DNA of 64,000 bases from Novosphingobium sp. (GTDB taxonomy: Bacteria > Pseudomonadota > Alphaproteobacteria > Sphingomonadales > Sphingomonadaceae). The stretch lies in the NCBI RefSeq assembly GCF_040079535.1, contig NZ_JBEBKB010000015.1, positions 192 to 64,191 on the forward strand. Direction: 5' to 3'. A model generated the notes under the pieces. It ran no database searches. It saw only the letters and a list, made by a program, of their open reading frames with translations, and had not been told where the DNA came from. Below, in pieces: positions 1-8,258 of this stretch; position 1 is the stretch's first letter; every line of letters starts with the position of its first letter. The position numbers and the translations under genes were made by a program.

Positions 1-323
1 TCCAGCTTCAGGCGCATCCGTTTTTCCGCCGCGATGGCGATAACTTGCGGGTCGATCTGCCGATTACCCTGGATGAGGCGGTAAATGGCGCGAAAATCAA
101 GGTCCCCACCGCCGATGGTGCGGTGATGCTGACCATCGCGCCGGGATCGAGTTCGGGCAAGACCTTGCGGCTTGGCGGCAAGGGCTTTTCGCGCAAGGAT
201 GGCAGCCGCGCCGATCAGTTGGTGACGCTGGAGGTGCAGTTGCCCGAAGCCGATGAAGATCTGGCCCGACGGCTTGACGGCTGGCGCGATCCGCGTGATC
301 TGCGCGGCCGGATGGGCGTTTAG
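1..323 (+). CDS. DnaJ-family protein, C-terminal substrate-binding domain (5' truncated by window edge)
   Basis: Reading frame is open from the window start (HPFFRRDGDNLRVDLPITLDEAVNGAKIKVPT...GKTLRLGGKG), typical of DnaJ_C; stop TAG at 321-323. Confidence 0.85.
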   Translation, partial: QLQAHPFFRRDGDNLRVDLPITLDEAVNGAKIKVPTADGAVMLTIAPGSSSGKTLRLGGKGFSRKDGSRADQLVTLEVQLPEADEDLARRLDGWRDPRDLRGRMGV

Positions 324-334
324 GATAGGCGGGC

Positions 335-1366
335 GTGGAAGAGCGCGAGCTTGACGAAGGCCATCTGCCGCCGCTGACGATACCCGATCTGTCGCCAGAA
401 GCCCGGCGCAAGCGCGCCCGGCGGCTGCGCGATACCTATGATGAACATATCGGGCCCCAGGGCAGGCTGTGGGTAACGCGCCCGTTCAAGGTGGCGGCGC
501 GGGTCTGGGCGGGGGCCTATCACGATGGCTTCATCCATGCCGGAAACCTGGCCTATATGGCGATTCTGGCCCTGTTTCCGTTCTTCATTACGATCGGCGC
601 GGTGTTCAGCCTGATTGGCGAGGCCGCGCAGCGCGAGGCTTCGGTCCATGCCGTGCTGGTAACACTGCCGCCGGTGGTGGCCCGCGCGCTCGAACCGGTT
701 GCGCGCGATGTGATCGTTGCGCGCAGCGGCTGGCTGCTGTGGATTGGCGGGCTGGTCGGGCTGTGGACCGTCGGCAGTCTGGTCGAGACGATCCGCGACA
801 TCCTGCGCCGGGCCTATGGCACCCGCGCGGTCCATGCCTTCTGGCGCTATCGGCTGATATCGACAATTGCGATCATCGGCGCGGTGATTGCGCTGCTGTT
901 CGCGCTGCTATCGCAAGTGCTGATCGGGGCCGCACAGGAAATTGTCAGCGCCTGGTTCCCGCGGCTGCAGGGCCTGGCCGATGCATTGACCACATCCAGC
1001 CTGCTGCCGCCCGCGATAATCTATCTATCGCTGTACCTGCTGTTTTTCACGCTGACCCCAACCGCCTACCGCAAGCGCCAGTATCCCAAATGGCCAGGCG
1101 CGCTGCTGGTTACGGTCTGGTGGGTGGCGGTCAGCCGCGCGCTGCCGGTGCTGCTGGCGCGCTTTTTCACCTATGACCTTACCTATGGCAGCCTGGCCGG
1201 GGTAATGATCGCGCTTTTCTTTTTCTGGCTGGTCGGTTTAGGGATGGTGGTAGGCGCAGAACTGAATGCCGCATTGGCTGAGAGCCCCGAGGAACGGGAC
1301 ATCATCGGCCAGACCGACAATCGCGCAACTGCCAGCGCGGAACCGACGACGGGGAAGAACGAATGA
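335..1366 (+). CDS. YihY/virulence factor BrkB family membrane protein
   Basis: AGNLAYMAILALFPF and TYGSLAGVMIALFFFWLVGLGMVVGAELNA motifs; multiple TM segments. Confidence 0.88.
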   Translation: MEERELDEGHLPPLTIPDLSPEARRKRARRLRDTYDEHIGPQGRLWVTRPFKVAARVWAGAYHDGFIHAGNLAYMAILALFPFFITIGAVFSLIGEAAQREASVHAVLVTLPPVVARALEPVARDVIVARSGWLLWIGGLVGLWTVGSLVETIRDILRRAYGTRAVHAFWRYRLISTIAIIGAVIALLFALLSQVLIGAAQEIVSAWFPRLQGLADALTTSSLLPPAIIYLSLYLLFFTLTPTAYRKRQYPKWPGALLVTVWWVAVSRALPVLLARFFTYDLTYGSLAGVMIALFFFWLVGLGMVVGAELNAALAESPEERDIIGQTDNRATASAEPTTGKNE

Positions 1367-2184
1367 CTGGACTGATGCAGGGCAAACGCGGGCTGATCAT
1401 GGGCCTGGCCAACGACAAGTCGCTGGCCTGGGGGATCGCCAAGAAGCTTCACGAAGCGGGCGCGGAGCTGGCCTTTTCGTATCAGGGCGAAGTGATGGAA
1501 AAGCGGGTACGGCCGCTGGCTGAAAGCCTTGGGGCCGATTTCCTGATCGATTGCGATGTATCAGATATGGCCGCGCTCGACACCGCCTTTGCCACATTGG
1601 CGGCGCGCTGGCCGACGATCGACTTCGTGGTTCACGCGATCGGCTTTTCCGACAAGAACGAATTGCGCGGGCGGTATTATGATACCAGCCTTGATAACTT
1701 TCTGATGACAATGAATATTTCGGCCTATTCGCTGGTCGCAGTAGCCAAGCGCGCCAAGGACATGATGCCGCTGAATGAAGATGGGACGGGCGGCGGCTCG
1801 ATCCTGACCCTGTCTTACTATGGCGCGGAAAAGGTTGTGCCGCACTATAATGTGATGGGTGTGGCCAAGGCTGCGCTGGAAACCAGCGTCAAATACCTTG
1901 CCAACGATCTTGGGCCGCAGAACGTGCGGGTCAATGCAATTTCGGCCGGGCCGATCCGGACGCTGGCGGCCAGCGGGATTGGCGATTTCCGCTATATCCT
2001 CAAATGGAACGAGCTCAATTCACCGCTGCGCCGCAATGTGACGATTGAGGATGTTGGCGGATCGGCGCTGTATTTCCTGTCTGATCTTGCCTCTGGCGTG
2101 ACCGGCGAAGTGCACCATGTGGATGCCGGCTATCACCTGGTCGGGATGAAGCAGGAAGACGCGCCGGATATCGCGCTGGGCTAG
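1363..2184 (+). CDS. fabI: Enoyl-ACP reductase FabI
   Basis: GLIMGLANDKSLAWGIA, YNVMGVAKAALE (YxxMxxxK), RVNAISAGPIRTLAASGI; ATGA overlap with the upstream gene. Confidence 0.97.
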   Translation: MTGLMQGKRGLIMGLANDKSLAWGIAKKLHEAGAELAFSYQGEVMEKRVRPLAESLGADFLIDCDVSDMAALDTAFATLAARWPTIDFVVHAIGFSDKNELRGRYYDTSLDNFLMTMNISAYSLVAVAKRAKDMMPLNEDGTGGGSILTLSYYGAEKVVPHYNVMGVAKAALETSVKYLANDLGPQNVRVNAISAGPIRTLAASGIGDFRYILKWNELNSPLRRNVTIEDVGGSALYFLSDLASGVTGEVHHVDAGYHLVGMKQEDAPDIALG

Positions 2185-2211
2185 ATCAGGGCCTGTTTCA
2201 CGTTCGTGAAA

Positions 2212-2295
2212 GCACCACCGGCCCGCTCCTCCTCCCGGCTGCCCTATCCTAGGTTATCCTATGGGCGGCCGGGAGGGGGAGCGGGCCGGTGGTGC
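2212..2295. repeat. REP/REPIN-like palindromic element, copy 1
   Basis: 33-bp inverted arms 2212-2244 and 2263-2295 (2 mismatches, both U.G-compatible on the + strand), 18-nt loop, between convergent genes; near-identical copy at 59294-59376. Confidence 0.85.
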
Positions 2296-2321
2296 CTGTT
2301 TCAGCTTCACTGAAACAGACT

Positions 2322-2897
2322 TCAGTCAGGCTTGGTAGCCGGAGCTGGCGCGGGAACCGCCGGTTCACTCTGCACTGGCAAACCACTGGCCTGTTCCTCA
2401 AGTTTGCGGCGCGCGATCAGCTGTTCTTCCTGCTGTTCGACCAGAGCCTGGGTTTCGGCGGCTTCGGCATCGATTCCGGCCAGCCGCTTTTCACGCTCAG
2501 CCGCGATCAGTTCACCCGCGCGCACCCCGGGGCCAGTAGCCTTTTCGGCATAGGCCTGATCGATCAAGCGGCCAGCGCACCCGGTCCAGCCACCAACACC
2601 AACCGGCGAGCAGCTCATCGTTCCGCTTTGCCCGACATATTCAAGACTGCGCACGCGCTGGGTCCAGGCCTCGTTAGCCGGGGCTTGCGAAGTGCGCAGA
2701 GACGGCGGGATCCGATAGCGTTCCCCTTCATCAAGCCGCGGACAGACCACGATCGTTTCGCCATCGGATTCGGGGCATTTGTCGTTGCCATATACGATGA
2801 CCATGTTGACCTTGGGTTCGGCCGCCTGCTGGGCAACAATCGGGCTTGCGGAAAATCCGGCAGCCAACACGGCAAATATGGTCGCGATTGCTCGCAT
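2322..2897 (-). CDS. Secreted hypothetical protein (4 Cys, C-terminal coiled-coil-like tail)
   Basis: Sec-type signal peptide, GGAG SD-like sequence upstream, 191 aa ORF; no family recognised. Confidence 0.75.
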   Translation of the reverse strand: MRAIATIFAVLAAGFSASPIVAQQAAEPKVNMVIVYGNDKCPESDGETIVVCPRLDEGERYRIPPSLRTSQAPANEAWTQRVRSLEYVGQSGTMSCSPVGVGGWTGCAGRLIDQAYAEKATGPGVRAGELIAAEREKRLAGIDAEAAETQALVEQQEEQLIARRKLEEQASGLPVQSEPAVPAPAPATKPD

Positions 2898-3016
2898 GGT
2901 CAGTCTCCTAGGTCAGGCCCGGCTATAGGGGCCTTATCCGCTGAATAACAGATGAAGCAGGTGCCTGCACTGACACACGTCAAGCAAGCATCGCCAAAAA
3001 GCCAAGGGTCAGGGCC

Positions 3017-3532
3017 CTAGATCCGCTCGGCCAGTTTGATCGCCATCCGGCAGCCCAGCCGGATCGCGCCCGCCAGCAGCGGATAGGCCGGGGCCTGCTC
3101 TGCCCCGGCGGCAAGCGCAGTTGCGCGGTGTTCGCGTTCATCATCGCGGAATTGTTCGATCATGCCTGATAGTTCGGGATCATCGCCGCCCAGTTCATCC
3201 AGTTGGGCGCTGTAATGGCGATCAATCTCTTCCTCAACCGCTGCGGTGCAGGCCATTGCCGCTTTTGGGCCGATCAGCGCGGTCGCCGCGCCCAGCGCAA
3301 ACCCGGCCACGTGCCAGAATGGCTGCATGGCAGTGGGCCGCACGCCGCGCTGGGCGATCAATGCATCGAACTTGGCCCGGTGTTCGGCCTCTTGTTCGGC
3401 CATATGGCGAATCTCGCCCGAATAGGGGGCCCGATCCCCCATCACGGCCAACTGCCCGGCATAGATCCGCACCGCGCCATATTCCCCGGCCTGATCGACC
3501 CGCAAGATCCGGTCTTTCGCTGCGCGATTCAT
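3017..3532 (-). CDS. coq7: Demethoxyubiquinone hydroxylase (Coq7/UbiF diiron family)
   Basis: RILRVDQAGEYGAVRIYAGQ, EQEAEH, AVEEEIDRHY, DDEREH diiron ligands; start ATG 3532 overlaps the dsbB stop (ATGA). Confidence 0.92.
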   Translation of the reverse strand: MNRAAKDRILRVDQAGEYGAVRIYAGQLAVMGDRAPYSGEIRHMAEQEAEHRAKFDALIAQRGVRPTAMQPFWHVAGFALGAATALIGPKAAMACTAAVEEEIDRHYSAQLDELGGDDPELSGMIEQFRDDEREHRATALAAGAEQAPAYPLLAGAIRLGCRMAIKLAERI

Positions 3533-4038
3533 GGCTGGGCCCGCTGGGCCCGGCGCAGCAGCGCCAGCACCAGCGCCGCAGCCGGCACCGAAATCAGGAA
3601 ATTGAACCCGGCAAGGCTGATCCCCAGCAGTTCCCACTGAACCTGATCGCAGCGGATCAGCGGTCCATTGGCAATCGCTTCAAGCGGATCGGCAGAAAGA
3701 TCAAGCTCGCTGGTGCAGGCGGTCAAGCCTTGCCACCAGCCATATTCCACCCCGGCGTGATAGGCCCCGATCAGCCCCGCAAACAGGATCGCCATGCCGG
3801 CCAGCGAAGTTAACAGCGCGGTCAGCGTTCGGGCCGATGGCCGCACCGACCCGTGCACATGGGCCAATAGCGCCAAGGCCAGCGCTGCAAAGTGGGCATA
3901 CCGCTGCCACCAGCACATCTCGCACGGGTAGAGCCCGAATATGAACTCCCCGATATAGGCCCCGCCCAGCAGCGCCGCAGGCACCGCCAAGGCCAGCAGC
4001 CGCGCAGCGCGGGCCGCCGGTTCACCGATCGGCAGCAC
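3529..4038 (-). CDS. dsbB: Disulfide bond formation protein B family
   Basis: LYPCEMCWWQRYAH motif plus a second Cys pair (LTAC...IRCD); 4 TM segments. Confidence 0.88.
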   Translation of the reverse strand: MLPIGEPAARAARLLALAVPAALLGGAYIGEFIFGLYPCEMCWWQRYAHFAALALALLAHVHGSVRPSARTLTALLTSLAGMAILFAGLIGAYHAGVEYGWWQGLTACTSELDLSADPLEAIANGPLIRCDQVQWELLGISLAGFNFLISVPAAALVLALLRRAQRAQP

Positions 4039-4040
4039 GA

Positions 4041-5375
4041 TCAGCGCCGCCGGCCCCGCACCGCCGTGCGGTGAACGGTCTGGATCGCGTAGAACAGCTG
4101 ATAGTCCTTGATCCCCTTGGCCTTCAATTCGTCTGCTGAAAGCTTGAAGCGAGGATCTTCTTGCCGATCGGATTCCAGCTTCTTGTCATCAAGCCCGGCC
4201 TCATTGACCAGATGGCGGCGCAGATCGCTTTCACGCACGGTCAGTTCGGCCCGGCGGCGGACATCGGGATCGCTGAGCTGCGGGACGCGGATATCGGGGA
4301 TGATCCCGCCTTCCTGAACCGAGCGGCCCAGCGGCGTGTAATACCGCGCCGTGGTGATCTTGACCGCGCTGGACCGTTTGCGATCAAGGAAGAACAGCGA
4401 TTGGACCGAGCCCTTGCCAAAGCTGCGCTCACCCATGATCAATGCCCGGTGCAGGTCCTGCAACGCGCCGGCAACGATTTCAGAAGCCGAAGCCGAACCG
4501 GCATCGATCAGCACGATCAGCGGCAGGCCCTTGGCGGCATCGCCAGGAAAGACGCTTTCGGCCTTGAAGTATTCATCCTCGCTTTTGTTGCGGCCGCGCT
4601 GCGAGACGATATCGCCTTGCGTGACGAACAGATCGGATAGCGCAACAGCTTCGCCCAGCTCTCCGCCGGGGTTCTGGCGCAGATCAAGGATCAACCCTTC
4701 AAGGTTGCCGCCAGCCTGGCGCTTCAGATCCAGGACGCCCTTGTTCACTTCAGCAGCAATATCGTGGCTGAACTCGTTGACGGTGATAACCCCGACGCCT
4801 TCCTTCAGCTCCCAGGTGACAGCTTCCAGTTTGATCGTTCCGCGGGTCACGGTAACGTCAAACGGTTGTTCGCGGCCCGAACGGAAGATCGTCAGCCTGA
4901 TCTTGGTCCCGGCTTCGCCGCGCATCTGCGAAACCGCATCGTCCAGTTCGCCGCCATAGATCAGCTTGCCATCCAGGTGGGTGATAAAGTCCCCGGCCTT
5001 GACCCCGGCGGCTTCGGCCGGGCTGCCGCGCATCGGCGCCACAACCTTGACCGCGCCGTCATCCATCACCACCGACAGGCCCAGGCCTGAATATTCCCCA
5101 TCGATCATTGTGTTGAGCCGCTGCATCGTTGCGCCCGACAGGTAGGACGAATGCGGATCGAGCGAGCTTAGCATGCCGTCGATCGCGCCTTCTTCCAGCT
5201 TGGCGTCGTCGGTTTGCTCAACGTAGTATTGGCGAACCAGCCGATAGACCGTTTCAAGCCGCTCGAACCCGCCCGAAGTGCGGCTGTCGATCGCAGCAAG
5301 ACCTGCTGTGGTGGCCGGTAGCAGCGCTACAACACCGGTAAGCAGGGCTGCGCGCAGCAGGGGCAAGGTTTTCAT
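4041..5375 (-). CDS. ctpA: S41 family carboxy-terminal processing protease
   Basis: LDPHSSYL, PDZ GLGLSV, ILDLRQNPGG, SASASEIVAGALQD, SFGKGSVQ motifs. Confidence 0.95.
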   Translation of the reverse strand: MKTLPLLRAALLTGVVALLPATTAGLAAIDSRTSGGFERLETVYRLVRQYYVEQTDDAKLEEGAIDGMLSSLDPHSSYLSGATMQRLNTMIDGEYSGLGLSVVMDDGAVKVVAPMRGSPAEAAGVKAGDFITHLDGKLIYGGELDDAVSQMRGEAGTKIRLTIFRSGREQPFDVTVTRGTIKLEAVTWELKEGVGVITVNEFSHDIAAEVNKGVLDLKRQAGGNLEGLILDLRQNPGGELGEAVALSDLFVTQGDIVSQRGRNKSEDEYFKAESVFPGDAAKGLPLIVLIDAGSASASEIVAGALQDLHRALIMGERSFGKGSVQSLFFLDRKRSSAVKITTARYYTPLGRSVQEGGIIPDIRVPQLSDPDVRRRAELTVRESDLRRHLVNEAGLDDKKLESDRQEDPRFKLSADELKAKGIKDYQLFYAIQTVHRTAVRGRRR

Positions 5376-5472
5376 CGTTCTGGGTGCTTTCCTGAAAATG
5401 GATGCGTCGCTGACGACCTGTTTATCGCGCCTGATGCCTTAACACCAGATGGCGCGTGCATCACCAATTCGC

Positions 5473-6693
5473 CTAGTTGCGCAAATATTCAAGCGGATTG
5501 ACCGGTTGCCCGGCTCGGCGCAGCTCTAGCGTGAGCACGGCATTGCCGGCGCCAAGCCGGCCAATCGGCGATCCTGCCACCACTTGTTGGCCAACCCGGC
5601 AATCAAGCCCGGTCAGCCCGGTTACCAGCGAAGTCCAGCCGCCGCCGTGTTCAAGGATCACGATCAGGCCGTAACCCTGGAATGGTCCGGCAAAGGCCAC
5701 GCGGCCGGCACCGGGCGCCACCACCTGGGCCTGATCACCGGCGGCCAGGGTTAATCCGCGCGATTGTGGCCGCCCCGGCTGTTCTGCCCCAAAGCCTGCA
5801 ATCAAGCGGCCTGTGACTGGCAGCAAATAGCGCGGCGGAGCGCCCGTGGCAGCAGCGCCGGGCACAGCAGGATCAGGCGCGGTTTGCGCCATTCCGGGCT
5901 GGGCCGGGCGCAGCACCGGGCCGGGCAGCGCGGCCAGTGCTTCGCGCAGCGCGCCAGCCTTGCCCAGTTCGCCCACCAATGATGTCAGATCGCGGGCCTG
6001 TTCGCTCAGCCCCAGGGCCCGGTCAGCCTCGCGCTGCGCGGCGCCGCTTGCCTCGCGCGACGCCAGCACCTGACTGGCTTCAAGCTTGGCCAGCTGTTCG
6101 CGGCGCCGGGCCAGCTCTGCCTGATTGGTGCGCAGCGCCAGATTGGCCTGTTCAGCCTTGCGCTGAAGCGCACGCGCCCGCGCGATCGCACCGCGCAGGC
6201 CAGCGGTTCTGCGGGCTACTTCGGGCAGGATCGTTTCCAGCACCGCGCGCAGATAAACCGTATCCTTAAGCGATCCAGGCCGCAGCAGCGAGAGCAGCGG
6301 TGGCCGGCGTGAGAGCCGCTGTAGCGCCGCGGTCAATTCAACCAGTGGGCGCTGCTTTGCGGCCAGTTCGCGCCCCAGGGCAGCTTGCTGGCCGGCAATG
6401 ATCCGGATCTGGGCGGAATTGACCGCAATCTGGGCTTCGGCTTCCTGAACCCGGGCCGCCAATGCGGCGGCTTCCTGGCGGGTCCGATCGGCGGCGGCTG
6501 CCGTAGTTGCGGCCTGTCCTTCAAGCGCTTCGGCGCGGGCCCGGGCCTCTGCCCCTTGTTGCTGGGCGCGCTGCAACGCAGCCTCGGCCGCCTCAGCACT
6601 TTCAATCGGGGGCGCAGAGCGCTGCGCACCCAGCGCCTGCCAGCCCAGCACGGCAGCAAGCGGCAACAGCAGGATCAGCCAGCGGAACCTCAT
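5473..6693 (-). CDS. envC: Murein hydrolase activator EnvC family (coiled coil + degenerate M23)
   Basis: Signal peptide, long coiled coil, M23-like C-terminus lacking HxxxD; in the rlmH-envC-ctpA synteny; start reassigned to ATG 6693. Confidence 0.85.
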   Translation of the reverse strand: MRFRWLILLLPLAAVLGWQALGAQRSAPPIESAEAAEAALQRAQQQGAEARARAEALEGQAATTAAAADRTRQEAAALAARVQEAEAQIAVNSAQIRIIAGQQAALGRELAAKQRPLVELTAALQRLSRRPPLLSLLRPGSLKDTVYLRAVLETILPEVARRTAGLRGAIARARALQRKAEQANLALRTNQAELARRREQLAKLEASQVLASREASGAAQREADRALGLSEQARDLTSLVGELGKAGALREALAALPGPVLRPAQPGMAQTAPDPAVPGAAATGAPPRYLLPVTGRLIAGFGAEQPGRPQSRGLTLAAGDQAQVVAPGAGRVAFAGPFQGYGLIVILEHGGGWTSLVTGLTGLDCRVGQQVVAGSPIGRLGAGNAVLTLELRRAGQPVNPLEYLRN

Positions 6694-6701
6694 CGCTGCT
6701 C

Positions 6702-7124
6702 TTATCCCGAACGATGATACGGATGGCCAGCAAGAATGCTGGTGGCGCGCCACAATTGTTCGGCAAGCATCGCCCGGGCCATGATATGCGGCCAGGTCAT
6801 CGCGCCAAATGCGATCAGCAGATCGGCTTCACTGCGGGCCAGATCACCGTGGCCATCGGCCGCGCCGATCAGGAACCGCGTCTCGCGCACGCCAAGATCA
6901 CGCCATTTGCCAAGGAGTTCGGCAAATTCCTCTGATGTCAGTTGCTTGCCGCGCTCATCAAGCAGTACCGTGCGGCTTAGCGGAGGTGCTTCGGGCAGCG
7001 TTCCGCCCACATCTGGCAGCTCGGTTTGCTTGAACGGCCAGCCGATCCGCTTGATATACCGATCAACCAGCTCGGCCTCTGGCGAGCGGCCGATTTTACC
7101 TCTGGCAATGATATGCAGGCGCAT
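6702..7124 (-). CDS. rlmH: 23S rRNA pseudouridine-1915 N3-methyltransferase RlmH
   Basis: MRLHIIARGK, LLDERGKQLTSEEFA, FLIGAADG, TWPHIMARAMLAEQLWRA...GHPYHR. Confidence 0.96.
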   Translation of the reverse strand: MRLHIIARGKIGRSPEAELVDRYIKRIGWPFKQTELPDVGGTLPEAPPLSRTVLLDERGKQLTSEEFAELLGKWRDLGVRETRFLIGAADGHGDLARSEADLLIAFGAMTWPHIMARAMLAEQLWRATSILAGHPYHRSG

Positions 7125-7132
7125 GGAATTCT

Positions 7133-7543
7133 TCAGGCAGAACCTGAATCTCCAAAGGCCCACATCCGTTCAAGATTGTAGAAGGTACGCACTTCGGGGC
7201 GGAACAGATGGACGACAATATCGCCGGCATCGATCAGCACCCAATCGGCAGCGGGCAGGCCTTCGATCCGGGAGTGGCCAAAGCCGCCGTGCTTGATCCG
7301 TTCAGCCAGCTTTTGCGCCATCGCGGCGACCTGACGGGTTGAGCGGCCGCTGGCGATCACCATGTGATCAGCGATCGAGCTTTTGCCTTCGAGGGGAATT
7401 GAAACCAGCTCCTGGGCCTGGTCGTCATCAAGCGACTTCAGCACGAGTTCGTGGAGCGAGCCCGGCTCCGAGGCGGGGAGCGGGGCAGGCGTTGCGGCAG
7501 GAGCCGCAGAGGATTGGGCCATATCGGCGGAATTGGGCGTCAT
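7133..7543 (-). CDS. rsfS: Ribosome silencing factor RsfS (Iojap)
   Basis: IADHMVIASGRSTRQVAA, WVLIDAGDIVVHLFRPEVRTFYNLERMW. Confidence 0.96.
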   Translation of the reverse strand: MTPNSADMAQSSAAPAATPAPLPASEPGSLHELVLKSLDDDQAQELVSIPLEGKSSIADHMVIASGRSTRQVAAMAQKLAERIKHGGFGHSRIEGLPAADWVLIDAGDIVVHLFRPEVRTFYNLERMWAFGDSGSA

Positions 7544-7583
7544 GTAAGCGGAAACGGCTCCTGTGTGCGGGCTCGCAAATGGA

Positions 7584-8258
7584 TCATGCGATGTCGGGAT
7601 CGACGAGATGGTGCGTCAAACGATCGCGCTGGGCCACGCCAGTTATCCGGCTGGCCCAATCTGGATCGGCGCGGCGAATTGCAGTCGCCGAGCGCGGATC
7701 GGGATCGAATCGCAAAGTGATCAGCGCGGGTGCGCTCCATCCTGCCCGGTTGCTCAAACTGGCTGCAGACCGCCGGTATCGGCCAAGCCATGCCCCCGCG
7801 GGGCTCGCGCAGGCAGCGGCTTCATAGCCCGGACGCGCAATAACCGCAATCGGCATGGTGCGGGCGATGCCGCGCCAATCGCGCCAGCGGTGCAATTGGG
7901 CGAGATTATCGCTGCCCATAAGCCACACGAAGCGGTGTTTGGGGTAGCGCTGCCGCAGCCGCCGCAGGGTATCAATGGTAAAGCGCGTGCCCAGTTCGCG
8001 CTCGATTGCGGTGGGCACGATCCGCGCGCGCCGCGCCTGCTGCCGGGCCGATCCAAGCCGCGCGGCCAGCGGCGCCATCCCGGCCTTGGGCTTCAGCGGA
8101 TTGCCCGGCGAAACCAGCCACCAGACCGCGTCGAGCCCCAGGGCATCGCGCGCAAACAGACTTATCCGGCGGTGGCCGCCGTGTGCGGGATTAAAGCTTC
8201 CGCCCAGAAGCCCGATGGTTTTCAGGGTCTTATCTGCCCGTTGCCACGAACCACCCAT
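7584..8258 (-). CDS. nadD: Nicotinate-nucleotide adenylyltransferase
   Basis: GLLGGSFNPAHGGH, WLVSPGNPLK, FVWLMGSDNL; start uncertain (GTG 8258 or near the proA stop at about 8225). Confidence 0.93.
   Translation of the reverse strand: MGGSWQRADKTLKTIGLLGGSFNPAHGGHRRISLFARDALGLDAVWWLVSPGNPLKPKAGMAPLAARLGSARQQARRARIVPTAIERELGTRFTIDTLRRLRQRYPKHRFVWLMGSDNLAQLHRWRDWRGIARTMPIAVIARPGYEAAACASPAGAWLGRYRRSAASLSNRAGWSAPALITLRFDPDPRSATAIRRADPDWASRITGVAQRDRLTHHLVDPDIA

Noticed and set aside
2212-2295. Interpreting the two repeats as a CRISPR array, MITE or tRNA
   Set aside because: No repeat-spacer periodicity, no cas genes, no cloverleaf, and no transposase in the window.
2194-2317. parS-like half-sites TGTTTCAC...GTGAAA and TGTTTCAG...CTGAAACA
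   Set aside because: The halves are separated by 4-5 extra bases, so they are not 16-bp parS sites; treated as hairpins flanking the repeat.
5439-5443. TTAAC upstream of ctpA as a CtrA site
   Set aside because: Isolated half-site with no partner at N7.
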